Below, in pieces: positions 53,904-64,000 of a stretch of DNA of 64,000 nucleotides. Both the position numbers and the translations under genes were made by a program. This stretch comes from an uncultured delta proteobacterium (lineage in GTDB: Bacteria > Desulfobacterota > Desulfuromonadia > Desulfuromonadales > JACZKF01). Location of the stretch: the NCBI GenBank assembly GCA_963816395.1, contig CAWFKQ010000016.1, positions 288,001 through 352,000 on the forward strand, in the 5' to 3' direction. A model generated the notes under the pieces. The model saw nothing but the letters and a program-made list of their open reading frames with translations. It searched no databases and was not told the origin of the DNA. Numbering within the stretch: the stretch's first letter is position 1; each line of letters opens with the position of its first letter.

Positions 53904-55043
53904 TCAGGAGGTTTCTTGGGCCAGCGACTGGTCCGCCAGGCGGATCACCCGGGTGCCGGCCAGGCGGTCGTTCCAGCCGCGGCCCTGGCGGTCGAAGAAA
54001 ATCAGCAGAAAGCCGATTCCGGCCGGCAGCAGAGACAGCAGGCCGCCGGTGCTGCGCAGGAAAGCCTGGGAAAAGAGGAGGGACTCGCCGCCCTGGGCGG
54101 TCACCCGCAGGCCGAAGAGCATCTTGCCCGGGGTCTGGCCCAGGAGAAAATGAAATAAGGTGAAATAGCCGAAGCAGAGGCAGAAGAACACCAGAAAATA
54201 GGGAATCACCAGGTCGAGAAACGATTCGGCCAGAGGCTCGGTGCCGCCGAGGGCGAATTCTCCAGCGATCACGAAAAGGATGAAGAGGGCACCGAGGATC
54301 ACCAGGTCGGCCAGGCCAGCGGCGGCCCGTCTGGCCAGCGGGACCGGTTCCCGGAAAGGGGCGGCGGCCGCCTCGCTCTCTCCGGTTTCCCCGGTCGCCG
54401 GTTCGGCCGGCCAGACGCAATCCCCTTCCGGCCCTTCCGGGGAAGGTCCATCGGCAAGAGGGAAAACCGCCGGTTCGAACGCATCGAGAGAAGGCAGTTC
54501 GAATGGCTCCAAATCGCAGTCCTCGAGGCGGAGAGCTTCGGTTTCGCCGCTCGATCCGCTGCTGATTTCCTGTGGGAGAAACGGAAGGTCCGGCGGTGCG
54601 GTGTCGGTACTTTCGGCGGGGAGGGCCGAATCCACCCCGGCCGTCTTTTCCTCGGGCGGCATATTGGCTGGCAGCGCTCCCGAAATGCCCTCATCCGTTG
54701 CCGTGTGGGGCGGCCAGTTAAACAGCTCGGGCACCGCGGCATCGGCGGCGGCCGCGGCGGGGGCGAGGAGATCTTCCAGACGCAGTTCGCCCGGATCGCC
54801 GGTTTCCGGCGATTCCAGGAATTCAAACCCGAAATCGGCTGTTCCAGCGGCCGTCGGCTGCTGCGGGATCTTTTCCGGCTCTTCGGCGGAGAAAAGGCGG
54901 GCAGGCGACCCCGGCGGTCCGGTCTCGGCGGCGGGAAAACCGCGCAGGCCGAAGCGGGTTTTAAACTCGGTCAGATCGCTGCCGCATTTCCGGCAGCTCT
55001 GCAGGTGATCGAAGGTGTTGTAACCGCATTCAGGGCATTTCAT
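53904..55043 (-). CDS. RDD family protein with N-terminal zinc ribbon
   Basis: CPECG...CRKCG, acidic linker, RRAAAGLAD, GQTPGK, DRLAGTRV. Confidence 0.88.
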   Translation of the reverse strand: MKCPECGYNTFDHLQSCRKCGSDLTEFKTRFGLRGFPAAETGPPGSPARLFSAEEPEKIPQQPTAAGTADFGFEFLESPETGDPGELRLEDLLAPAAAAADAAVPELFNWPPHTATDEGISGALPANMPPEEKTAGVDSALPAESTDTAPPDLPFLPQEISSGSSGETEALRLEDCDLEPFELPSLDAFEPAVFPLADGPSPEGPEGDCVWPAEPATGETGESEAAAAPFREPVPLARRAAAGLADLVILGALFILFVIAGEFALGGTEPLAESFLDLVIPYFLVFFCLCFGYFTLFHFLLGQTPGKMLFGLRVTAQGGESLLFSQAFLRSTGGLLSLLPAGIGFLLIFFDRQGRGWNDRLAGTRVIRLADQSLAQETS

Positions 55044-55815
55044 GACTTTCCCTCCCAGACACAGCTGCGGACTCCTGAAGCGGAGAGAGGTCCAGGTCTC
55101 CGTACAGGAACTGCAGGATGCTTGCCGCGGCAAAGCCGGCGGTTTCACTGCGCAGAATGCGGGGGCCGAAGTGCACCGGCTGAAATCCGGCATTCCGGGC
55201 TGCTGCCGCTTCCGCTGGGGCGAAACCGCCTTCCGGGCCGACGAGGATGGCGGCGCTGGTCGGACGGATCCTGGGCAGCACTGCCGCCAGGGGACGACTT
55301 TCCGCTTCCCAGAGAAACAGCCGCAGTTCTTCCCGGCACTCGGCGAGGGCTGTGGGCAGGGGTCTGGGGGGTGCCAACCGGGGCAGGATGGGGCGCCGGC
55401 ATTGGCGGGCCGCCTCGCGGACGATCCGTTCCCAGCGCCGCCGGCGGGTTTCCTCGCGCTCGCCGGCAGGGGCCGGGATGCTGCGCTCGGTCAGCACCGG
55501 GACGAACGAGACAACCCCCAGTTCGGTCCCCTTCTGCAGGACCAGGTCCATCTTGTCGCTTTTGGGCAGGGACTGCAGGATGCTGATCGGGAAGGTCCTT
55601 TCCTCCTCCCGCCAGCAGGCCTGAAGGCGGGCGGTGCCGGCGCGCCGGCCGAGGCTGGTGACGAGACAGCGACAGACCGTCCCCTGGCCGTCCAGAAGCA
55701 GGATCTGCTCGCCCACGGGACGCCGCAGGACGGTTCCCAGGTGGTGCAGGACTTCCTCCGGCAGGGGGATTTCCTCGCCGGACAGGATCTCCGGGGGGAC
55801 GAAGAACCGCTGCAT
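55030..55815 (-). CDS. rsmE: 16S rRNA m3U1498 methyltransferase
   Basis: HLGTVLR, QKGTELGV, VGPEGGF, RILRSETA. Confidence 0.95.
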   Translation of the reverse strand: MQRFFVPPEILSGEEIPLPEEVLHHLGTVLRRPVGEQILLLDGQGTVCRCLVTSLGRRAGTARLQACWREEERTFPISILQSLPKSDKMDLVLQKGTELGVVSFVPVLTERSIPAPAGEREETRRRRWERIVREAARQCRRPILPRLAPPRPLPTALAECREELRLFLWEAESRPLAAVLPRIRPTSAAILVGPEGGFAPAEAAAARNAGFQPVHFGPRILRSETAGFAAASILQFLYGDLDLSPLQESAAVSGRESHEMP

Positions 55816-56729
55816 TAGTTCTTCCGGTAGCGCAGGCAGGACCATTCGTCCTGTCTGCTGATCGCCGGACCGCACAGGGGCAGGGAGGCGAAGCCGGCCG
55901 CCACCATTGCCTCCTTCTCCCGCAGTATGCCGGAAAGGACGAGGGTGCCGCCGGCTGCCAGGCGGCCGGCCAGCTCGCCGGCCAGGCGGACATTCTCCTC
56001 CGCCAGGATGTTGGCCAGCACCACCTGAAAATCGCCCTCGAGGCTCTGCAGGGGACGGTCGGTCACCTCCACCCGGCTGGCCACCCCGTTCAGGGCGGCG
56101 TTCTCCCGGGCGGTGCGGCAGGCTTCCGGGTCGATGTCGCAGGCCAGCACCCGTTCGGCGCCGAGAGCGGCGGCGGCGATGGCCAGGATGCCCGAGCCGG
56201 TGCCGACGTCGAGAACGCGCCGCGGCGTGGCCTGGGCGAACAACTCGGCCAGGGTCTCCAGGCAGAGGCGGGTGGTGCCATGGGTGCCGGTACCGAAAGC
56301 CATGCCCGGATCGAGAGTCACCACGGCTTCGCCGGGGGCCGGGGCGTAGGCCTCCCAGGTCGGCTTGATGACCAGGCGGCCGAGGCGCAGCAGGCCGAAG
56401 TGCTGCTTCCACCCTTCCGCCCAGTCCTCCGTGCGCACCGGCAGGAAGTCTGCCGGCGTAGACGGCAGGCCTGGAATAAACGAGGCGAGATCGGCCAGCA
56501 GGGTGCTGAGGCTGTGGCGCAGTTCGGCGGGATTGTCTGGGCGGGGGAAGAATACTCGCAGGCTGCAGATGCCGGTAACCGGCTCATCGGGATCCGGGGG
56601 GATAAAGGTGTCGAGCTGTCGTTCCTCGACGATGACGCCGCTGCAGCCGAGGGCTGCCAGTTCCTGACAAACCAGATCGACGCCGGCGGCAGGCACCTGA
56701 AGACGGATTTCGAGCCAGTCCTGATCCAT
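55815..56729 (-). CDS. prmA: Ribosomal protein L11 methyltransferase
   Basis: DPGMAFGTGTHGTT, LDVGTGSGIL, ANILA. Confidence 0.96.
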   Translation of the reverse strand: MDQDWLEIRLQVPAAGVDLVCQELAALGCSGVIVEERQLDTFIPPDPDEPVTGICSLRVFFPRPDNPAELRHSLSTLLADLASFIPGLPSTPADFLPVRTEDWAEGWKQHFGLLRLGRLVIKPTWEAYAPAPGEAVVTLDPGMAFGTGTHGTTRLCLETLAELFAQATPRRVLDVGTGSGILAIAAAALGAERVLACDIDPEACRTARENAALNGVASRVEVTDRPLQSLEGDFQVVLANILAEENVRLAGELAGRLAAGGTLVLSGILREKEAMVAAGFASLPLCGPAISRQDEWSCLRYRKN

Positions 56730-56945
56730 GCCGCCTGTTTAACAGAGAAATAGGGAGGAATGCAATAAAAACCTTGACAAAGCCTGGTGAATCAAGTCTA
56801 ATTTCGGCCTTGATTTAATGAGTATCTAACCTTGATGGTATTTTTAGCTGACTTTTCCATCGGTCGGGTGCTCCGGCAAAGATTAGAAAATTTCCTTGCG
56901 CATTAAAATAAACCTGCTACAATCCTAACGGATTTCTCATTAGTG

Positions 56946-57758
56946 ATGGTAACGCCCGTTCAGCAGCACGTTTTTCTCCTGTCCGATGCGACCGGGGAAA
57001 CCGTTGAAAAAATCGTCATGGCCGCTCTGACCCAGTTCGGGGATAAAAATGTGCGGCTCAAACGGATCGTCAACGTACGCACCAAGAATCAGATTTATGA
57101 AGCCCTGGACGAGGCCCTGGCTTCCCAGGCGCTGGTGGTTTACACCATGGTCAACCGGGAGCTGGCGCAGCTCGTCCATGATGAATGCGAATCTCTCGGC
57201 CTGCTCAGCATCGACCTGATTACTCCGCTGCTGATGCGGCTGTCGGAATTCGTCGGCCGCTCTCCCGGGGAAACGCCGGGTCTGCTGCACGGAATGGATG
57301 AAAGGTACTTCCGGCGGGTCGAGGCGGTGGAGTTCACCGTCAAGCACGATGACGGCCAGGAGGTGCGCAATCTGCAAAAGGCCGATCTGGTCCTGGTCGG
57401 GGTTTCCCGTACCAGCAAGACGCCGCTCTCGATCTATTTGGCGTATCGCGGCTGGAAGGTTGCCAACGTTCCCCTGGTGCAGGGGATCGAGCCGCCGGCC
57501 GAGTTGTTCCAGGTCGATCCGGGGCGGGTGGCCGGGCTGGTGATCGATCCCCAGCGCCTGCTCGAGCTGCGGGCCTCACGGTTGCGCAATCTCGGCCAGG
57601 ACCCCCGTGCCGCTTACGCCGATTTCGACAAAATCGAGGAAGAGCTCCGTTATTCCAAGCGCCTCTTCCGCAGACAGCCGTGGGTGGTGGTCGATGTCAC
57701 CGGCAAGGCGGTGGAAGAGACGGCCAACGAGATCCTGGTGAAGCTCAAGCTCAAGTAA
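56946..57758 (+). CDS. ppsR: PEP synthase / PPDK regulatory protein (DUF299)
   Basis: [29 protein letters not shown]. Confidence 0.93.
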   Translation: MVTPVQQHVFLLSDATGETVEKIVMAALTQFGDKNVRLKRIVNVRTKNQIYEALDEALASQALVVYTMVNRELAQLVHDECESLGLLSIDLITPLLMRLSEFVGRSPGETPGLLHGMDERYFRRVEAVEFTVKHDDGQEVRNLQKADLVLVGVSRTSKTPLSIYLAYRGWKVANVPLVQGIEPPAELFQVDPGRVAGLVIDPQRLLELRASRLRNLGQDPRAAYADFDKIEEELRYSKRLFRRQPWVVVDVTGKAVEETANEILVKLKLK

Positions 57759-57814
57759 GGCTGCATCGAATTGCAGGAAAACGATAGCACTTAAGGAAGA
57801 AAGGGGAAAACGCG

Positions 57815-58492
57815 ATGAGCAACCGAATACTGGTGGTTGAAGATGAAAAAAAAGTGGCCAGCTTCATCAAGCGGGGGTTGGAAGAGGAAGATTTTACCGT
57901 CGATGTGGCCTATGATGGGGAGGAAGGTCTCTATATGGGGGAAAACAATCCCTATGACCTGATCCTGATGGATGTCATGCTGCCGAAGATGGATGGCCTG
58001 GCGGTAGTCAAGGAACTTCGCAAGAAGGAGGTCAACACCCCGGTTCTCTGTCTGACTGCCAAGGATGCGGTGGAGGACATCGTCTCTGGCCTGGATGCCG
58101 GCAGCGACGATTACCTGACCAAACCTTTCGCCTTTGCCGAGTTGCTGGCACGGGTGCGCTCCCTGCTGCGGCGCGGGCAGAAGGACCGTGGCGCCGAGAT
58201 CCGTTTCGCCGATCTGCGTCTCGATCCGGTGGGGCACAAGGTGTGGCGGGGGGACAAGGAGATCGAGCTGACCGCCAAGGAATACGCCCTGATGGAGTAT
58301 TTCATGCGCAATCCCAACCAGATCCTGACCCGGACCATGATCGCCGAGCATGTCTGGGATTACACCTTCGACTCCTTCACCAACATAATCGACGTCTATG
58401 TCAACTACCTGCGTAAGAAGGTTGACCGGGATTATGACAAGAAACTCATCCATACGGTTCGCGGCGTCGGCTATGTCCTGAAGGAGGACTGA
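57815..58492 (+). CDS. OmpR-family response regulator (CusR/CzcR-like)
   Basis: VVEDE, DVMLP, DDYLTKPF, HTVRGVGY. Confidence 0.95.
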   Translation: MSNRILVVEDEKKVASFIKRGLEEEDFTVDVAYDGEEGLYMGENNPYDLILMDVMLPKMDGLAVVKELRKKEVNTPVLCLTAKDAVEDIVSGLDAGSDDYLTKPFAFAELLARVRSLLRRGQKDRGAEIRFADLRLDPVGHKVWRGDKEIELTAKEYALMEYFMRNPNQILTRTMIAEHVWDYTFDSFTNIIDVYVNYLRKKVDRDYDKKLIHTVRGVGYVLKED

Positions 58493-58493
58493 C

Positions 58494-59957
58494 TTGTTCT
58501 ACCGTTCCATCCGCTTCCGTCTCGCCCTCTGCTATGCGCTCACCCTGGCCGTCATTATGGCGGCCAGCGGTGTTTTCTGGCATCACTATCTTTCCCGCAA
58601 TCTGCTCGAGAGTATCGACGAAAAATTATTGATGGTTGCCGAGGATATCCGGTTTTTCCATCGCAGTCAGGCGGCTTTGCCCGCGGAACATTGCCCCGGG
58701 CTGGAGGAGTTCGTTCGCCGCCACGGCTGGACAGAGTTCGTGCAGATCCTTGACGAAAACGGACGCCTCGCCTGTCTGAGCGAGAACCTGGAGGGGGTTG
58801 GTCTGCCCCTGAGCAAGGCGGCGCTGCAGCACATTCACCAGGGAACGATCTATCTGGAGACGGTGGATGGGCGGCATGGGCACCCGGTGCGCCTGTTGAC
58901 CATGCCGGTGCTGGAAAACGGTCGGCCGGTCGACATCGTCCAGGTGGGGGAAGTCCTGGCCGACAAGGACCACATCCTGGAGGATTTCCGTCTGACCATG
59001 TACATCTTCGGCCCTCTGGCGCTGCTGATCCTCTCCCTGGTCGGCTGGTATCTGGCCGGCCGCGCCCTTTCGCCGATGGTGCGCATGGCCCGGGTGGCAC
59101 GGCAGATCACGGCGGAGAACCTGAACCTGCGTCTGCCGGTGGAACATACCGGGGACGAAATCGCCCAACTGGCGGAGAACTGCAATGCCATGCTCGCCCG
59201 CCTGGAGAAATCCTTCCGCAAGGTCAGGCAGTTCTCCGGTGATGCCTCGCACGAACTGCGCACCCCGCTGGCCATTCTTCGCGGGGAAACCGAGGTGGCC
59301 CTGCGCTGGGCGCGCGATACCGAGGAGTATCGGCGGACCCTCGAGTCCAACCTGGAGGAAATCAGCCGCATGGGACGAATCATCGAGGACCTGTTGACTC
59401 TGGCGAAAAGCGATGCCGGCGAATTGCCCCTGGAGATCCGGGAACTCAGTCTCAGCGATCTGCTGCAGGAACTCTACCTGCAGGGGAATACCCTCGGGGA
59501 AAGTAAATCGGTCGGCGTCACCCTGCATCTGGAGGTCGCCGAGGAAATCCGCATTCGCGGGGATGAACTGCGACTGCGGCAGATGTTTCTTAACCTCATC
59601 GCCAATGGCATAAAATATACCCAAGCCGGCGGCCGGGTGGAGATCGCCCTGGCCCTGCAGGACGATCAGGCGGTGGTCAGGGTGACCGATACCGGCATCG
59701 GTATTCCCGCCGAACATATCCCCCATATCTTCGATCGCTTCTATCGCATCGACAAGGCGCGCAACCGCGACGACGGCGGGTCCGGCCTGGGTTTGGCGAT
59801 CAGCAAGGGGATCATCGAGGCGCATGCCGGGCGCATTACCGTCGATTCCGTCCCCGGCAAGGGAAGCACCTTCACTGTCTACCTGCCGCTGTTGAGGCCA
59901 TCGCAGAGCCGCCACCGGCCTACGGACACCGAGTTGCCGACCGGCTCTGGTGTCTGA
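58494..59957 (+). CDS. HAMP sensor histidine kinase
   Basis: Two TMs, HAMP, SHELRTPL, NGIKY, DTGIGI, GSGLGL. Confidence 0.95.
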   Translation: MFYRSIRFRLALCYALTLAVIMAASGVFWHHYLSRNLLESIDEKLLMVAEDIRFFHRSQAALPAEHCPGLEEFVRRHGWTEFVQILDENGRLACLSENLEGVGLPLSKAALQHIHQGTIYLETVDGRHGHPVRLLTMPVLENGRPVDIVQVGEVLADKDHILEDFRLTMYIFGPLALLILSLVGWYLAGRALSPMVRMARVARQITAENLNLRLPVEHTGDEIAQLAENCNAMLARLEKSFRKVRQFSGDASHELRTPLAILRGETEVALRWARDTEEYRRTLESNLEEISRMGRIIEDLLTLAKSDAGELPLEIRELSLSDLLQELYLQGNTLGESKSVGVTLHLEVAEEIRIRGDELRLRQMFLNLIANGIKYTQAGGRVEIALALQDDQAVVRVTDTGIGIPAEHIPHIFDRFYRIDKARNRDDGGSGLGLAISKGIIEAHAGRITVDSVPGKGSTFTVYLPLLRPSQSRHRPTDTELPTGSGV

Positions 59958-60063
59958 CCAAGCGGGACCCCAGGTAAATATCTCCCATTAATAATCAGCA
60001 CCCGGGCTTCCAGGCCGGTGCGGGCATGGTAAAATTGCCGCATCCTTGCGCATCGGAGGGTCC

Positions 60064-61680
60064 ATGGAACCTTTCCGCCCCCGCCCCGTCTACCTGGCCG
60101 ATTCCTTCATGTGCCCGGTCGGCCGCTATGACGGCCGGCATCGGGAGTCCCGTTCCTTTCTCGCCCTGGCTGGCGAGGTCAACCGGATGCTCGATCGGGG
60201 GGACGCGCCGCGGGAGCGCATCGACTGTGTGGTGGTCGGCAGCCAGAACCCCTTCGCCTTCTCCGGGACGGACAATGTGGCGGCCAAGATCGCCGGTATT
60301 CTCGGCATCAGCGGCGCCAAATCGCTGCTGGTGGATACCGCCTCCTCCTCGGGGGCGACCGCCCTGGAGACCGCCTACATGGAAATCGCCGCCGGCCGCC
60401 ACGAGCGGGTGCTGGCGATCGGTGTGCAGAAGATGAGCGATCTGCCCACCGCCGAGGCGGTCAAGGTGGTGGCAGGGGTCATCGATCGCGAGGAGGCGGA
60501 GTTCGGCCTGACCATGCCGGCCTGCGGCGCCCTGGTGGCGGGCGCCCTGATGCGGGAATTCGGCCTGGATGCGGAGTCCTGGGCCGGCTACGCGGCCCGC
60601 CTGACCGAGCGCTCGCACCGCTTTGCCGCCGTCAATCCGGACGCTCACCTGGCCTGGGAGCTGCCGGCGGGGAAATATCTGGCGGATCGCCGGTCGGGGG
60701 GGAATTACCTCTACTACGATCCGCTGCGTTATTACGACTTCTGCCCCATGTCCGACGGGGTGGCGGCCTGTCTGCTCACCGCCGCTGAGGCGCCGGTGCA
60801 GGTGACCGGGGTCGGCGCCGGCACCGACATCCCGACCATTGCCGACCGCCGGCAATTGACCAGTTTCCCGGCGACGGTGATCGCCCTGCGCTATGCGCTG
60901 GGGATGGCCGGCCTGGCGGACCTGGAGGCGCTGGCGGGGAAGGTGCACATCAACATGCACGACCCGTTCGTCAGCTTCGGCCCGGTCAACCTGGCGGATC
61001 TGGGGATCGCCCCGCGCGAGTGGATGCTGGAAGGGTTGCTCGACGACAGCCTGACCGGTCCGCACGGGCGCTTCCCAACCAATCTCACCGGCGGGCTGCG
61101 CGGGCGCGGCCATCCCCTGGGCGCCACCGGCATGATCCAGGTGGTGGAAAACCACCGGCTGATCCGGGAAGGGCGCTTTGCCGCCGGTCTCTCCCATTCC
61201 ATCGGCGGTCCCATCAACAACAACGTGGTCATCCTGCTGGAGGCCACCGGCCACTACCAGGGGCGCGAGAATACTCCTTATCGCCCGTCCGCTCTCCCCC
61301 GGCTTTCCCAACTCAAGCCCCCGCAGGTCACCCTGCAGTCGCTGTTCGCCGAGCGCAGCCGCATCGCCGCCCGCCTGGTGGCGGTTACCTCCCGGCATCA
61401 TCCGCAAACCGGCCTCTCCCTGGGCACCCTCCTGCTCTTTGCCGCGCCGCTCCGGGGGCGCACCTGCCGTTTCCTGGTCGCCATCGAGCCGGCGGCGCGG
61501 GAAGCCCTGGACGGCCTGCAGCCCGGGGACCGCATCCGCCTGGAAAAAACCGGCGATCAGCTCACGGTCAACGAAGTGCCGGTCCGCCGCTTCTACCGCA
61601 AGACCCTGGAGGGGATCGTCGACCTGGCGGATTCGGCGCTGCGGCGGCTGCGCCGAGGGCGCCAAGGGCGCCGGGAATGA
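60064..61680 (+). CDS. Thiolase-family protein (SCP2-type-like) with C-terminal extension
   Basis: PMSDG, HDPF, GHPLGATG, HSIGG; DTASSSG at the usual Cys position. Confidence 0.85.
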   Translation: MEPFRPRPVYLADSFMCPVGRYDGRHRESRSFLALAGEVNRMLDRGDAPRERIDCVVVGSQNPFAFSGTDNVAAKIAGILGISGAKSLLVDTASSSGATALETAYMEIAAGRHERVLAIGVQKMSDLPTAEAVKVVAGVIDREEAEFGLTMPACGALVAGALMREFGLDAESWAGYAARLTERSHRFAAVNPDAHLAWELPAGKYLADRRSGGNYLYYDPLRYYDFCPMSDGVAACLLTAAEAPVQVTGVGAGTDIPTIADRRQLTSFPATVIALRYALGMAGLADLEALAGKVHINMHDPFVSFGPVNLADLGIAPREWMLEGLLDDSLTGPHGRFPTNLTGGLRGRGHPLGATGMIQVVENHRLIREGRFAAGLSHSIGGPINNNVVILLEATGHYQGRENTPYRPSALPRLSQLKPPQVTLQSLFAERSRIAARLVAVTSRHHPQTGLSLGTLLLFAAPLRGRTCRFLVAIEPAAREALDGLQPGDRIRLEKTGDQLTVNEVPVRRFYRKTLEGIVDLADSALRRLRRGRQGRRE

Positions 61681-62705
61681 GGTCGGTCTTCTACCCGCGC
61701 CTGGTCAACGGCCCCTTCGGCGACCCGGCCCTCTATGTGCGGGTGGCGCATCGGGGCGAGGCCCTGCTGTTCGACTGCGGCGACCTGCATCCCCTGCCGG
61801 CACGCGATCTGCTCAAGCTGCGGGCGGTTTTCGTCTCCCATTGTCATATCGACCACCTGGCCGGTTTCGATCTTCTGCTGCGCCATTTTCTCTATCGCCA
61901 ACTGCCCCTTTGCCTGTACGGTCCGCCCGGCTTCGGCGAGCATCTCGCCCACAAGCTGGCCGGGTACACCTGGAATCTGATCGGCGGGTATCCGCTGATC
62001 CTGACGGTGCGGGAGTGGGGAGAGAGGGAAGGGCGGGAGACCACCTTTCGGGCCGGCGATGCTTTTCGCCCGAGCGATGTGCGCAGCGTCCCCTGCCCGG
62101 AAGGGGTGCTCCTGGACACCCCCGATTTCCGGGTGCGGGCGGTCCCTCTGGAACACGGCGGCATCCTTTCCCTGGCCTTCGCCCTGGAGGAGACGCTGCA
62201 CGTCGCCATCCATCGGGATGCCCTCGACGCCGAAGGCTACCAGCCGGGTCCCTGGCTGACCGAGATGAAAAAACTGCTGCGCCGCGCCGCGCCGCCGACT
62301 ACCCCGGTGGCCGTGTCGCTGACCGGCGGCGGCCAGCGACTCCTGCCGCTGATGCCTTTGGCGGAGCGCATTGCCCACGTCGAGCGGGGAATGAAGATCG
62401 TCTATGTCACCGACACCGCTCCCACGGCGGGAAACGCCAAGCGCATTCTCGCCCTGGCCGCCGATGCCCACCTGCTCGCCATCGAAGCCACCTTCTCCCA
62501 CCGCGACCTGCACCGCGCCCGCGAGCGCAGCCATCTGACCGCCTGGCTGGCCGGCTCCCTGGCCCGCCGCGCCGGCGCCGCCCGGCTGCTGGTCTTCCAT
62601 CATTCCCCCCGCTATCAGGACCAGCCGGAGCGGTTGGCCGAAGAGGCCAGGCGGGCCTTCGCCGGAGACGAGCCGGAGAACGCTGCCGGCTATCCGGGGG
62701 TCTGA
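61677..62705 (+). CDS. RNase Z-like MBL-fold hydrolase
   Basis: LVNGPFGDP, LFDCG, SHCHIDH, YVTDT, IEATF, HHSPRY. Confidence 0.88.
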   Translation: MRSVFYPRLVNGPFGDPALYVRVAHRGEALLFDCGDLHPLPARDLLKLRAVFVSHCHIDHLAGFDLLLRHFLYRQLPLCLYGPPGFGEHLAHKLAGYTWNLIGGYPLILTVREWGEREGRETTFRAGDAFRPSDVRSVPCPEGVLLDTPDFRVRAVPLEHGGILSLAFALEETLHVAIHRDALDAEGYQPGPWLTEMKKLLRRAAPPTTPVAVSLTGGGQRLLPLMPLAERIAHVERGMKIVYVTDTAPTAGNAKRILALAADAHLLAIEATFSHRDLHRARERSHLTAWLAGSLARRAGAARLLVFHHSPRYQDQPERLAEEARRAFAGDEPENAAGYPGV

Positions 62706-62810
62706 AGGGGCCTTCGCCGAAGATGCGGAGAGCCGCTGAAAGAGCCGCTGCTCTTGCAATCGCCGCCGTCCCTGGTATGGGAATCGTGAGGTATGGCAGG
62801 GGAGGCGCGT

Positions 62811-63551
62811 ATGGGAGAGGTCCGCATCGGCACCTCCGGCTGGGTCTACCCGCACTGGAAGGGGACCTATTATCCGGAGGAATTGCCGCAGAAAGACTGG
62901 TTCGGGCACTACGCCCGCGATTTCGACACGGTGGAGATCAACAATACTTTCTACCGGCTGCCCAAGGCCGAGACCTTCGAGCACTGGGGGGAAGTGGCGC
63001 CATCCGGTTTTCTCTACACCTTCAAGGCCAGCCGCTACATCACCCATATCAAACGCCTGCTCGAACCCGCCCAGTCCCTGGAGAAATTCCTCTCCCGCAT
63101 CCGGCTGGCGGGGCCGGCCCTCGGTCCTCTCCTCTACCAGCTGCCGCCGCGCTGGCAGGCCGATCCGGAGCGGCTGGAAGCCTTCCTGCAGGAGCTGCCG
63201 GCGGAGCTGACCAGTGTCTTCGAGTTCCGCGACGATTCCTGGCACCGGGAGCCGGTCCGGCAGTTGCTCAGCCGTTACGGCGTCGCCTTCTGCATCCATG
63301 ATCACGGCACGGTGGATTGCCCCGAATGGGTGACCGCCGGCACAGTCTACCTGCGCTTTCACGGCTCATCCGAGGCCCCCTACAGCGGCAGCTATTCCGA
63401 TGCTTTTCTCAAACGGCAGGCGCGGCGGATCGCCGCCTGGAGGAAGGAGGGGAAAGATGTCTTCGCCTATTTCAATAACGACGTCGGCGGCCACGCCGTG
63501 CGCAACGCGCTGACGCTCAAGGGAATGCTTGGCGAAACTGCAAGTAAGTAG
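62811..63551 (+). CDS. DUF72 (YecE-like) protein
   Basis: IGTSGW, VEINNTFY, QLPP, EFR, YLRFHG, YFNND. Confidence 0.93.
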   Translation: MGEVRIGTSGWVYPHWKGTYYPEELPQKDWFGHYARDFDTVEINNTFYRLPKAETFEHWGEVAPSGFLYTFKASRYITHIKRLLEPAQSLEKFLSRIRLAGPALGPLLYQLPPRWQADPERLEAFLQELPAELTSVFEFRDDSWHREPVRQLLSRYGVAFCIHDHGTVDCPEWVTAGTVYLRFHGSSEAPYSGSYSDAFLKRQARRIAAWRKEGKDVFAYFNNDVGGHAVRNALTLKGMLGETASK

Positions 63552-63625
63552 TGAGGTAGTGAAGAGAGTAAGTAGAGGTAGCGAGGTAGTGAAGATCTTA
63601 CTACTTACTATCTCACTACCTCACT
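63543..63625. repeat. AGTGAGGT/AGTAAGT repeat-armed palindrome between convergent genes
   Basis: Left arm AGTAAGT AGTGAGGT repeats; right arm CTTACTACTTACTATCTCACTACCTCACT. Confidence 0.8.
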
Positions 63626-64000
63626 TGGAGCTCCCGTACATCCCCTGCCAGAGGCCGGTAAAGAAATGTCGGGCGTTGGTCCCCAGCACCCGGCTGTCAT
63701 AGCCGCCCTCCTGCACCACCATGGTGGGAAGGTGCAGCCGGCCAATCATCCGGCCGTTCTCCGCGAAGTCGGCGGGCAGCAGGTTCCAGGTGCCGGTGGG
63801 GTCGCCTTTGGCGGTATCGAGGCCGAGGGCGACCACCAGGAACTGCGGCTTGAAGCGGCCGATGCGCCGCAGGGCGCTGGCCAGCGCTTCCCGGTAGGCG
63901 GCCGGCTCGAGCGTGCTCCGGCAGGGGGAAATTGAGGTTGAAGCCGCTGCCGGGGCCGGCTCCCTTCTCGTCCTCGAAGCCGCTGAAGTAGGGGAAGGCG
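63621..64000 (-). CDS. Histone deacetylase / acetylpolyamine amidohydrolase family protein, 3' part
   Basis: ALGLDTAKGDP and VQEGGY motifs; runs off the window end. Confidence 0.85.
   Translation of the reverse strand, partial: PSPTSAASRTRREPAPAAASTSISPCRSTLEPAAYREALASALRRIGRFKPQFLVVALGLDTAKGDPTGTWNLLPADFAENGRMIGRLHLPTMVVQEGGYDSRVLGTNARHFFTGLWQGMYGSSK

Overview
A GC-rich chromosomal segment whose gene content and order point to a Desulfuromonadales bacterium (Desulfuromonas/Geobacter-like; inferred, not searched). Most of it is housekeeping: two csp genes, serA-hisZ-purA, tRNA-Lys and tRNA-Glu, a large NAD-glutamate dehydrogenase, transporters, an ArsR/SmtB-permease pair, rnhA, a full nuoA-BCD-E-N operon, a multi-GAF sigma54 activator, the heme cluster, trxA, dtd/nfo/dapF, rsmE/prmA, a PDRP plus two-component system, a thiolase-like/RNase Z-like pair, DUF72 and a partial deacetylase. 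Many single-base frameshifts, densest in nuo, look like long-read consensus errors. The most unusual part is the AT-rich island after tRNA-Glu (about 5.5-10.9 kb). It holds an internally deleted HUH/Y1 (RAYT-like) transposase between 14/16 inverted repeats, a duplicated orphan two-gene cassette, a SLATT-like gene fragment, and a toxin-antitoxin pair between 47-bp direct repeats. Most unit boundaries carry GGGG(A/G/T)C- or GTCCCC-type motifs, and the tRNA-Glu 3' end shares GGGGACGCC with the element end, suggesting an integron-like, HUH-built cassette array. A second pattern is a set of repeat-armed hairpins sitting exactly in stop-to-start junctions of operons. All family assignments come from motif recognition by eye; no database search was run.
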